A DNA stretch of 64,000 nt from the human T2T-CHM13v2.0 reference genome, Homo sapiens. The stretch is taken from NCBI RefSeq assembly GCF_009914755.1, contig NC_060937.1; one strand, given 5' to 3'. Shown here piece by piece: positions 48,891-61,040 of the stretch; position 1 is the stretch's first letter, and each line of letters starts with the position of its first letter. A model generated the notes under the pieces. The model was given only the letters and a program-made list of their open reading frames with translations, was not told where the DNA came from and did not search any database. The position numbers and the translations under genes are program-made.

Positions 48891-49415
48891 TGTGGCAGAC
48901 TGTATTTTCCAAAGATGACTGCCAATAATATATCCCATCCCATGTGTTGCTCTGTAATGTGACCTTAAAAGCAGTCTACCTCTCCAGTCCCTTGAATCTG
49001 TGACTACTATGACCAACAGAATACAGTGGATATACCCCTGTGCCAGTTCTGGGAGTAGCCCTTGACTGGCCTGGCAGTCTCTACTTATGTCTTTTGGAAT
49101 GCTTGCTCTTGGGATACATCCTCTTGGAACCTAACCACCATGCTGTGAGAAGAAAAAGGTACAAGAGGCATTTCTGACAGGCAGCCCTAGCTGAGCTTCC
49201 AGTCAAAAGCCAGTGTCAGATGTTAGCCATGTGAATGAGTCATCACGGAATGACCAGCTCACTTGAATCTTCAGTATACCTGATTGCAACCAGAGACCCC
49301 AATCAAGAACCATCCAGGTGAACCAACCCAGTTAATCCACAGAATTATAAGAGTTTGTTGTTTTAAGCTCCTAAATTATAGGGTGATTTGCTATGCAGCA
49401 AAAGACAAGCAGAAG
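48891..49415. mobile_element. MLT1 (MaLR) LTR
   Basis: tgtggcagactgtattttccaaagatg ... gtttgttgttttaagc...ttgctatgcagcaa. Confidence 0.65.
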
Positions 49416-50081
49416 TGTTTTGAGTGTGATGTGGTAGATGGAAGTTGTATTATCATTTACTGAAGGCATGGTAAATAGATGATCTAGGATCAAGTCATGG
49501 CTCTGCCACTACCTGGCTATATTACCTTAGAAGTTATTTGAATTCCTGAATTTCATTCTTCCATATATGGGGATAATAATAACTACCTCACCTGACACAG
49601 TCCCTGGCTTTAAAGGAGTAAATGTTTCTGCCCTTCACCTTAGGCCTTACTTTTGGCCCACTAAGGAAAGAACTTTCTCTCCTATCATTCTGACGTTTTC
49701 TCTTTATACCCACATACTAGCTCCTTCTTTTGAGAACTGCTACAACTTGTTGAGCCACATTTTACTACTGGGCATAGTTATTGCATGTGTACCTGTGAGC
49801 ATGCCTTCTGTTTTTCCTGTAACTGGGTACATGAGGACGTTCCAGTTACCCTGCCAACGCAGCTACTTGATAAGTACACTGAGAGCCTGCCCCCAGAGAC
49901 TGAGGTTATATCTAAGATATAGATATGGAGATAGAGGAAGCTACTTCAGCCTTGGGACAAAGTAGTATTCTGCAACCAAGCTTTAACAAAGCACTGGGTA
50001 CTTATAGAAAGTGGCATTTTATTTCCCATATGGCCACTATTCCTTTTTGTTCATGGCTCCCCAATTGAGGAAGAGTATAAA

Positions 50082-50544
50082 TGTAGCAGGACGAGCCACA
50101 GACAAAACCCCTCAGACACCAAGTTAAAGAAGGTAAGGCTTTATTCGGCCGGGAGCATCAGCAAGACTCACATCTCAAAAAAATGAGCTCCCCGAGTAAG
50201 CAATTCCTGTCCCTCTTAAGGGTTTAGAACTCTAAGGGGGTCTGCATGAGAGGGTTGAGATTGATTGAGCAAGCAGGGGGTACGTGACTGGGGGCTCCAT
50301 GCACCAGTAATTAGAACAGAACAGAACAGGACAGGGATTTTCACAGTGCTTTTCCGTACAATGTCTGTAATCTATAGATAACATAACCGATTAGGTTGGG
50401 GGTCAATCTTTAACTACCAGGCCCAGGGTGTGGTGCTGGGCTGTCTGCCTGTGGATTTCATTTCTGCCTTTTAGTTTTTATTTCTTCTTTCTCTGGAGGC
50501 AGAAATTGGGCATAAGACAATATGAGGGGTGGTCTCCTCCCTTA
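50082..50544 (-). mobile_element. LTR2 (HERV-E/Harlequin) solo LTR
   Basis: Minus strand taagggaggagaccacccctcatattgtcttatgcccaatttctgcc...cgtcctgctaca; TSD taaa at 50078-50081 and 50545-50548. Confidence 0.85.
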
Positions 50545-51279
50545 TAAATGCCCACCCTGATAATCCTAATAAAGTCCTCCTGTTCTTTAGCATTCAGTTC
50601 AAACAATGCCTGTTCTGGAAAGCCTGTCTTTATTAACTCACCTGAATTCTGTTAGGTTTCCCTTCCCTAAGTTTTCATTTATCCTTACATAGAACTTATA
50701 TGACTTCTCATATCCATAATCTGATTTGATACTTTCTCCCAATAGTCAATGAACCTCTTTAGAACAGGGAAAACAAAGGTCTTCCATTTAAAGTGTTGAC
50801 ATATGGCAGGGTCATATCTTGCATACATTACAAATTTTAAGGATATATGAGTGTGTAGGTACACAGCATCCTCCACACCAAACACACATTCTTCCAACAA
50901 CAATAGCTAAAACCTAGATACGGATTTTAAACATATCCCAAACCTAGAAGTTAAGATATAAAGAGTGTAACTTGAGGTGAATAGAAAACTGGTGATATTT
51001 ATTTAATAAAGAAATAATATATTGATGTCATGTAACAAAGTTTTTGCTAATTAATGAACATTTTGAACTTGAAAGGTAGAAAAATAATTAAATAGTAATA
51101 GGTTTGATATTCTGAAGTATCAGTTTTAAAGCCTCTATCATAAACTATCATTAATGTGGCCAAAAAGCAATACTGAAATGTTGGTACTATTATTCAATAT
51201 ATGGAATTTAATGCACCATAGATATCCTGGTAAAATGAACAATAATTATACAGGAGTCACAAATATAAGTATTTACTTA

Positions 51280-51396
<117 letters not shown>

Positions 51397-51529
51397 TCAA
51401 TTAAAAATAACATCAGAAAAATAATACATAGTAACCCACTACTACTTCAGGAACAATTTACTATGACACATTATTTACTGAAGGACTGGTTAAGAAATAA
51501 GACTCAGGCAAAGGAAGGCTTCCAATTAG

Positions 51530-51900
<371 letters not shown>

Positions 51901-53029
51901 TTGGAAATCCTTTATTTTTAACTTAAATATCATTCTAAAGAAGTTAGTTACCTGGTTTTTCAGAACCAAGCAAATTAGGCACTGCACATTATTACAGAAA
52001 GGCATACCTAGGGCAATACATAACAGCTGACAAACTGAAACAAAGAGAAAAAAACAAACACTAATTTAAAAGGTTAGCTATTTAGGGCATCAGTAAATAG
52101 AACATTATCATATGACAGGGCCATTTATTCAATAAATATTTTTGAGTGCCTATTATGTTCAAGGCATTGTATTAAATACGGAAGAATTCAGTGAACAGTG
52201 AACAGAAAAATAGCAATAGCGGCAGCAAAGTTCCACTGGATGCGTATCACAAGCCAATGCTAAGTTCTTTATAGTGCATTTCATTCCAACCTGGGAACAA
52301 CAGCAGGAGGTATGAGATGACTATTTGTATACCAGTCTTAGAGCTGAGAAAACTGAGGATTAAAGAGGTTAATTAACTTGTCTAAGATTGCATAGTTACT
52401 GAGTGACAAGAGATGGAGTTTGTGTTTTTGCAGGACTGTCCTCAAGTACTTGCTCTTATTCTCTACTTCCTCAGAATACACAGAACCTGTCCTCAGAACG
52501 CGTGTAGTTTGGTAGCAAAACAAGAAATAGACAGGCAATTAAAATACTGTGACTGGAGCTACAATAGAGGAAAACCCAGAACCCTATCTAGGCACAAAGG
52601 AGAGTCCAATTCTCACGGGACTTGTGGATGGAGTTGGGAGTATGTCCAAAAAATACTTTAAATGTTTCAAAAATTTAACACGAAGTACGAATACTGTTTT
52701 TAAAAAGCATAAAGGAGGAGTAACAGTTTTACTAAATGTCATTTTATGAAGTTCCCCTTAAAGGGATGAAAGAAAAAAAAAACCCCGTATAACTAAATAA
52801 AATCTTTGGAATTTTAAGCAGAAAACCTGGATTTATGGAGACATCAAAACCAAACACAACTTTTGGCATTACAGTATATGGGCAAAATACACGCCATATG
52901 ATTGGATCCTTAAGGGCAGCACATCCTACCCGGAAAGCTGCCTACTTAACAATACCAAAGGCTTACTCAAAGAGGCACGTGAATCTTTCGCATGGAATAC
53001 TTTTGGAACCCAGACCGAAGTGCCCAGGG

Positions 53030-53460
<431 letters not shown>

Positions 53461-53921
53461 GAGCGACCCTGGATAACAGCTCCAGGGACACTCCTTGCTC
53501 AAGACGCTGGGGTTAGACGTGCTCCGGCTACACAGCGGAGTGTCAGGGGGCCAAGAATATCCCTCTCCTTTTTCTTCCCTCCTGCTGGCTTTGGTTGCTT
53601 TCCTAAACATTGCCCCGGACGGCAAAGTCGGCTTCACTCTTAGCCCTTGTTAGGGAAACGCTGGATCCAAGATTAGCTGCGCCCTTCTTTGCTTCAGTTG
53701 AACAAGCACCAGAGTCGCTGATTTGGCAGTGTCGGAGCGGGAGGAACTGGTCTTAAAAAGGTACCTCCTGAACTCGGGAAGACTGCTAACCCTCCAGATT
53801 ATTGTTTTGCATCTGTGTGCTGTTCATGAACATACCTCAGAGCTGCTCACTGCAACTTGAAATTTCATTATATTTTTAATCACAAAGTTTGCATCCTACC
53901 CTTGATACATCTGTGTTTCCT

Positions 53922-54276
53922 TGACAAAAAGAGACAAACTCTGTAAAATATTTGAAGAGATTTATTCTGAGCCAAATGAGTGACCAATGGCGGGTGACAG
54001 CCCTCAGGAGATTCTGAGAACACGTGCCCAAGGTGGTCAGGGTACAGCTTAGTTCTATACATTTTAGGGAGACATGGGACATCAATCAAATGCATGTTAA
54101 GATATACACTGGTTCCATCGGGAAAGGCAGGGCAATTGGAAGGGGTGGGGGACGGGGTGGCTTCCAGGTCACAGCTAGATTCAAAGATTTTCTGATTGGC
54201 AATTGGTTGAAAAGTTACTGACTAAAGACTTAGGAATGTCTTTAGAGAATAAAGGGGTTGTGGAGACCAAGGTTTT
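53922..54276 (-). mobile_element. MER4-type LTR fragment
   Basis: tgacaaaaagagacaaactctgtaaaatatttgaagagatttattctgagccaaat. Confidence 0.75.
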
Positions 54277-54354
54277 AGTGAGAATGGGATAATTGGTGTG
54301 GAAAACACAATTTGGTGTCAGAAGTGTTGTGAATACATAGTTTTCCAATTGAGT

Positions 54355-54695
54355 TTCTGGATGAGATTAACATTTCAATTGGTAGACTGAGTATAGTACA
54401 TTGTCTTCCCCAATGTGGGTGGGCCTCAGCCAATCGACCGAAGACAGAATAGAACAAAAAGGCTGACCTCCCAGGAGTAAGAGGGAGCTCCTACAGCCAA
54501 ACAGCTTGAGCTGGAACACTTTTCCAGCCTTGGGCTCAGACTGGGACTGCACATCAGTTTGCTTGCATCTCCAGCTTGTCAACTGCAGATCCTGAGACTT
54601 CTCAGCCTTCATAATTGTACGGGCAAATTCCTTATAATAAATCTTTTATACACACACTCCCTATTGGTTCTGTTTCTGTGAATTACCCTAATATA
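54355..54695. mobile_element. MLT2 (ERVL) LTR fragment
   Basis: gatgagattaacatttcaattggtagactgag...cagccttcataattg...ctattggttctgtttct. Confidence 0.7.
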
Positions 54696-54825
54696 GGAGG
54701 TATGCTTATCAAAATTTTGTCTAGCTGTTAAGTCTGAAAGGGCAACTCACAACCAAGTAAACAGAATAGAATGAAGTGAAAAGGACTAGATTATCTGTTG
54801 ACAAATCCAAATATACAGAGGATTT

Positions 54826-55117
54826 CTTTTTTGAGACGGAGTCTCATCTGTCTCCCAGGCTGGAGTGCAGTGGCACAATCTCAGTTTACTGCAAACTCCA
54901 CTCCTGTGTTAAAGCAATTCTCCTGCCTCAGCCTCCCAAAGTAGCTGGGACTACAGGCACGCACCACCATGCCTGGCTAAATTTTTTTGTGTATTTTTAG
55001 TAGAGATGGGGTTTCACCATATTGCTCAGGCTGGTCTTGAACTCCTGATCTCGTGATCCACCCACCTCTGCCTCCCAAAGTGCTGGGATTATAGGCATGA
55101 GCCACTGCACCCGACCC
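54826..55117 (-). mobile_element. Alu (AluS-like)
   Basis: Antisense dimer; TSD agaggatttctt. Confidence 0.9.
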
Positions 55118-55529
55118 AGAGGATTTCTTAAAAAGATCTGTTAGCAGGATCTCACTGTGGGAAATTAGGAGCAAAGGCAAGCAGAAAACAGGTTTGTCAA
55201 CAACTACAGAAACCACAGATTTGTGTTTCTGGCAGAGATAAAGGACCTGAATTTACCCTCCTGCCTGAAACAACTAAAAAACTAAGAGGAACAAAAAAAG
55301 AACATTGAACATCAGGCAATAAGGGAAAACGATCACCAAGAGATGAGACACAAATGAGGCAAGCTCCCAAATTGGCCTGGGCCTGCCAGGGTACAAAGCA
55401 GAAAGGGAGAAAACAGGCAGAGGCTGGTGGTTGCCCTAAGTTGAGGAAACGGAGTTTCTCTAAGAGTCTAGAGAGAACAAGGCAGCTAGACTTTGCAGGG
55501 CAGATATTGGAGGGGAGAGCTGCACAGGG

Positions 55530-56116
55530 TGTTCCCAGACCAAACTGAGGGTTGGGTTGCTATTTCTTGTGACCCAGTAAGAACATGTAGATGAACTGGG
55601 GAGGAAGAGAGTTTTTATTTCTGGAACCAGTTACAGGCAGAAGCCCTGGAAACTATAACCAGACCAACTCAAAATTACAGTTTTCCAGACCTTCTAAGCT
55701 ATATGTCTATGTGTAAGTGTGCATTCATCTATAGACATTAAGTGGTTAACTTTTTATAATCTACAACTAAGGTCTTGAGTCCTGAAGACCTTCCTCTGGA
55801 GCCTCAGTAAACTTAATCTAAATGGGTCCAGGTGCTAGGGTGATTACCCCTGTCTCCTGCTAAATCAGGGAGGTTTGGGGATTCCTTCAGAACCCCAAAA
55901 AACTTGTTTAATCCTAAATGGGTCCAGCTAAGAATTCCTTCTTTTTTTTTTTTTTTGTCATGCTTTGAGACCTAGTTCTTGGTGGGTTTTTATTACATTC
56001 CAGCCTTTGTATAAGGGCTTTGGTTTTTTTAGCTTTTAGTATTTAACTTAGCCACTCAAGTCAGTACTGAAACAGTTGTTATGGAGGCCTGTGTTAATGA
56101 GACCTGGCCTGCCACA
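55530..56116 (-). mobile_element. ERV1-class solo LTR (subfamily not assigned) inserted in old L1 sequence
   Basis: TG...CA termini (tgttcccagacc ... ggcctgccaca); TSD aggg/aggt. Confidence 0.7.
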
Positions 56117-56487
56117 AGGTACACTCTGCAGCAGAATACTGATGAATGCACACACATGGTGGGGCAAGTACTCAGGCTGGGGAAAGAACCATCACAAAGG
56201 ATTAGAGGGGAAATCCTTACAGTTTACAGAGGTAGGAATAATACCTGCTACCACCCACCAGAATGGAAAACCTCTGAATTCACAGGGCATCAGGTACACA
56301 AAGGATTTTGATTTAGGAGTCGGAAAAAACACTAGCCCTAACAAGTTGAAAAGAAAGATCCAAAAGTATCCAACTGGTTCTAAGTAACTTAATCCCCTCC
56401 CAAGACAAAACTCGAGAATATTTATAGGAACACAAAACATCCAGTACCCAATAAGGTAAAATTCACAATGTCCAACAATATCTTTAG

Positions 56488-56592
56488 TCTCGTTATGTTG
56501 CCCAGGCTGGTCTCAAACTCCTCGACTCGAGAGATCCACCCAACCTCAGCCTCCCAAAGTGTTGGGATTACAGGTGTGCACCTCTGCACCCA
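56488..56592 (-). mobile_element. Alu monomer fragment
   Basis: atgttgcccaggctggtctcaaactcc...cccaaagtgttgggattacagg. Confidence 0.8.
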
Positions 56593-57836
56593 AGGTAACA
56601 TTATTTTCTTAGGGTATGTTAGAACTCACCTGTAAGTCCATCTGGGGCTGATGTTTCTTTGTGGGAAGATTTTAAACTCCTTATGGAACTTGTTTAATCA
56701 GCCAAAATACTCCTAAAGAATTTGGTTGAGGGAATTGAGCCTCTTGCCCTAACAATCAGTAGGGCTTACTAATTTACAATGATGACAGTGTGGGACTGGC
56801 ACAGGAACAAAAGAAATGACAGATGGAACAAACGTCTGAGCCCAGAAACACTCATACTCGATATATAGAGAAAGACCTGTGGGAAATTACTGAAGAAAAG
56901 AACTATTCAATAAATGGGGGTTAAATAACTGATTATCTACGGGGTGGGGGAGGAGGGGAGGAATTAGATACCTTACCTCTTGCACACATATACACAATTC
57001 TCAGTAAACACCTAAACATGAGAAGCAAAATTGTCAGCAGTGACAACACGCAAATTTTACAGCACAGGCAAATGAATGGCAAATGAACATGAAAAATTAC
57101 TGATCTAAGGTCAGGAAAGGAGGTCAAGAAAACACAAATTAAAATTATGAGATACTTTTTTATATATGCTACATTAACAATAAAAACATTGCAAAGGGAA
57201 GTAATACTCAAGAGAATATCATCATTTTGGAAAATACCTGGCATTATTTTGCAAAACTTGACAAGCCAACAACTCCACTCTTACGCATAAAGTCTCTTGC
57301 ATATGTGTACCAGGGGACAGTCAAGGATGTTTTGAGTGTACTGTTTCTACCAACAAAAACTAAAAACAAATGTCAACTGATAGGAAAATGAACACTTAAA
57401 TTGTGGTATACTCACACAGAATACTATAGAGCAAGTAAACCATCCATGCATATAAGCGCAAGAATGAATTTTAAACATAAACTCAAAAAAGCAAGTTGAG
57501 TAAGACTTCACATTCAGACACTATATGTAGAAAGCTTCAAAAAATGAAACAGTATGTTTGGAGAACATACATGTGTGATTAAAAAATGGCAAGGAACAAT
57601 AAAAAATGACATGGGGAAAGAGGTAAGAAAATAGGAAGAACATACATATAGGTAATTGGCAGCTTTCCATGTCTTTAGGTGTGATGAGTTTTTAAGTGTT
57701 GTTATTCATCATACCTTACAAGTAATATATAATTTTATCTATATATCAATCATTACACAATATAAAAAAAATCTTTAGAAGATGCCTATCTCCTAATGAG
57801 TCAGTGAATGGTGGGAAAAGTCCATTTTCTATAGAC

Positions 57837-58057
57837 TAAGGCAGCACACTTTTTCTGCAAAGGGCCAGAGAGTGAATAAGTTAGGCTTGTGGACCATATA
57901 CTCTCTGATGCAACTATTCAACTCTCACGTTGAACTAGACAGCAGCCATAGCCAATATGTAAACAAATGGGTACAGCTATGCTCCAATAAAACGTTATTT
58001 ATGAAAACAGGTGGACATCTGGATTTAGCCCATGGAGGATATTTGCTGACCTCTGGT
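57837..58057. mobile_element. MER58A-like hAT MITE in the SPART 3' region
   Basis: ttttctgcaaagggccagagagtgaata...tttgctgacctctg. Confidence 0.7.
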
Positions 58058-58108
58058 CAAAGCTAACTGTTTAAAGTTTATGTTCCATTATTTGCCATTC
58101 CATTTCTT

Positions 58109-58482
58109 TTTAAATTTTTATGGGTACATGGTAGGTGTATATATTTATGGGATACATGAGATATTTTGATACAGGTATGCGATTTATAATAATTACATCA
58201 GGGTGTATCTACTGCTTCAAGCATTCATTTGTGTTACAAACGTCCCAATTACACTCTTTTATTTTTAAATGTATAAAGTTATTGTTGACTGTAGTCACCC
58301 TGTTGGGCTATCAAATACTACAACAAATTCGTTCTAACTATATTTTCGTACCCATTAATCAACCTCACTTCCCTCCCCATCCCTTCAATGCCTCCCAGCC
58401 TCTGGTAACCATCATTCTACTCTCTATCTCCTTAAGTTTGATTATTGTAATTTTTAGCTCCCACAAATGAGAATATATGAAG
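58109..58482 (-). mobile_element. L1MA 3' end fragment in the SPART 3' region
   Basis: tttatgggtacatggtaggtgtatatatttatggg...; perfect TSD tgccattccatttctt (58093-58108, 58483-58498). Confidence 0.85.
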
Positions 58483-59235
58483 TGCCATTCCATTTCTTAA
58501 ACAAAGCATAGACTGTCTGTAAGCTATTTACCACTTCACTTTTATTTCCATTTTAACAACTAGTACATTATCCTTGGCCTTAGGAAAAGCCTCCATCAGT
58601 TCTATGTGTTCCCAAAATATAAGCTCATGTGATAACGAGGTCAGGCAATTCAGTTTTTTAATTCATAAAGTGCATTCTTCAGACAGCTTCAAATAATGTC
58701 TAATTAAGTAGCCACTAGAAGATCAGAAATTATTAGAATGGACTACAGCTATGAAAACTAATACCAATCTCTTAAATTCAATAAACAAAAATTAAATACC
58801 ATTAGGTATTTAGTTACATAGTTTTTTAGCCTATGTAAGTAAATAGGGCTGTGAATAGTCTGCCTTCTGCCAAAGTGGAAACCATAATGCCTATCCACCA
58901 TGGATTACGTCTAAGGTTTTCATATTCTTTACCCTGATTATGAATAGAACCTTTCCTTTTTAATAACTTGTCTTTTAATATAAATTCCAATGACCGAATC
59001 CCAGAATAAAAATGTTTACTATTAGTAAACTCAATTGTTTATATATATTTTTTTTACAAGTTTTAACCTTTTGGAAAAACAGAAGCAGATATGATAAAAT
59101 AATTTCTTGAAGTACTTTTTTAATCCAATTAAGCTGATAATAATCACTTCGAATTTTAATACAATACAATCATGTTCCCAAATTTCCTAGGCTCATAACA
59201 ATACAGTCTCAATACAAAAGACGTAATAATCTATT

Positions 59236-59241
59236 TTTATT
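59236..59241 (-). terminator. Candidate proximal SPART polyadenylation signal
   Basis: AATAAA on minus strand followed by a GU/U-rich downstream element (tcttttgtattgagactgtattgtt). Confidence 0.6.
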
Positions 59242-59865
59242 CATTTTAAATCAAAGAGACCATTCCATTTCCTAACAAACAGGTAAGTTACAAAAGTAGT
59301 CCATTTTACTTTTCATCAGTCTTTCCCTGTTTTGAACAAGTTTTTTTGAGAATTCTTAGTTTTAGTTTTTGTTTAGCTTACACACTGAAAATTTTGAGAA
59401 GCATCTAAAAAAATCCACAATTAGTGCAAAAAGAGGGGACAATACTTTAAGTCATTCCTTCTATAAAAAGAATTAAGGTTACTAAATGCCAATTTTTAAG
59501 CAAATATATAGTTTCCTATTTGCCTTCTGAAAGACAGCAGATATAAAAATAGTTCAATATTAGGTTTAACAAGGTTTGAACAACACATGTACTATCAGCT
59601 TTATTTTACCTGCAAAAATATTTTAGCTACACTTGGAAAAAAATAAACTTGAGAATATAACTTCACATTTCTAAGGCCAGATGCAAGAATACTTATTCTT
59701 TTCCTTTTAAATAGAAGACATGCCATAAAATTTATGAAAGTTAATTTGTAGGAATGAATACATTTAAAAAATACTGGTTAATCTGTGAGGAATTCCACAT
59801 TTGCCTATTTAACAAAATTTCATCCATTTCATAAGGCTTTGGTATAAGTGATTCCCAGCACTTCA

Positions 59866-60133
59866 TCATTTATCTTTCTTCTTTGCCTCCTTTACTTCCT
59901 TCGTCTGCTCATCCTTCTCCCCTCTCACGTTGACATTTGCTGCTCCTTCTTGATTTTCCCTCTGAGAATTATCAACTATCTGATAGTCCTCAAGGAGAGT
60001 GTGTCCTGTTTGTGTTGCAGTTTTCTTCACCATTGCTTTGATACCAATGTTGTTAATATTGTAGGCAGTTACGCCAACATTGACCGCAGAATCCACCGCA
60101 TGGTGGGTAGCTTCTCCTGCATTATATCCGTAT
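59866..60133 (-). CDS. SPART: SPART (spartin, SPG20) last coding exon (YGYNAGEATHHAVDSAVNVGVTAYNINNIGIKAMVKKTATQTG...EAKKKDK*)
   Basis: Acceptor ttttaaag| at 60134; ORF 59866..60096 matches the spartin C-terminus as I recall it; tandem TGA TGA stops. Confidence 0.95.
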
Positions 60134-60599
60134 CTTTAAAAGAAAGATTAGAGGACATACAATGAAACAATAAATATAAAATAAGGTCTTCTGAATTAGT
60201 ATTAAATAAGTCAAATGATTACTGTGTTACCCCTGAAAGCAAAATTAAAGCTTAGGTTTCAATTTAATTAATAACTTAAAACACAGTAGAGAATGAAATC
60301 ACACTCTGTGACAAAGCAGTATTTTCTCCTTTAGTAAAAACAGTGTGTGAAAATAAACTCAGACTAGCTGAGAATGATGTAATAAAGACTGTCAAGTAAA
60401 AATAAAAGTGTAAATTATAATACAGGTCATTAATCAGTCATTATTTCTTTTTTTAATCCTCCCTTTCTAGAAATATGAGGGAAAATATTCACAGAAGCAA
60501 CTAATCTAGAGTCACGTAAGTAGTTTCAAGTTCTACCTTAACCAGACTTTGGCTATGTCTTTTAATTATGGGAATTTGAGTTAATCTTTAAACAGAGAT

Positions 60600-61040
60600 T
60601 CTATGGCATTCTCCCCTGCATCCCACTCTACTGCACACTCACTGGCCTCCTTGCTGTTCCTTGAGCCCACCAAGCACTCAAAGGCCTTAGGACCTTTGTA
60701 CTGGCTGCTCTCTGCTTGGACTTCCCATAGCTCTCTGCCTCACCTTCTTCAAGTTGGCTCAACTATAATCTCATTATCTAACCTGTTTAAATTGCCTTTT
60801 TCCACATGCCCACCTCCACCTCTTGACAATCGATTCCCCTTTACACTGCTTTTTTTCTCCCATTACTTACCACTTTCTACATACTATAGAACTTATTAAT
60901 TATCACTGTTCATGTCTTGCTTCTCTCACTAGAATGTAAACCCTATTGGAGAGGAGAATCTTACCTTTGTCCTTTAACATATCCTAAACATTGAGAATAG
61001 TACCTGATATTCAATGAATATTCACTGAATGAATGAAATC
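60600..61040 (+). mobile_element. L2 3' fragment
   Basis: cactggcctccttgctgttccttga...ctagaatgtaaac...tgaatgaatgaa terminus. Confidence 0.7.

Larger units (their letters stand above)
57140..59865 (-). other. SPART: SPART 3' UTR (distal end approximate)
   Basis: AU-rich sequence after the stop; minus-strand AATAAA at 59600-59605, 59236-59241 and 58541-58546; the distal end is not fixed by the sequence alone. Confidence 0.6.

Noticed and set aside
49567-49965. 132-aa + strand ORF
   Set aside because: Starts in MIR-like sequence, has no recognisable domain or exon signals, and is antisense within an intron.
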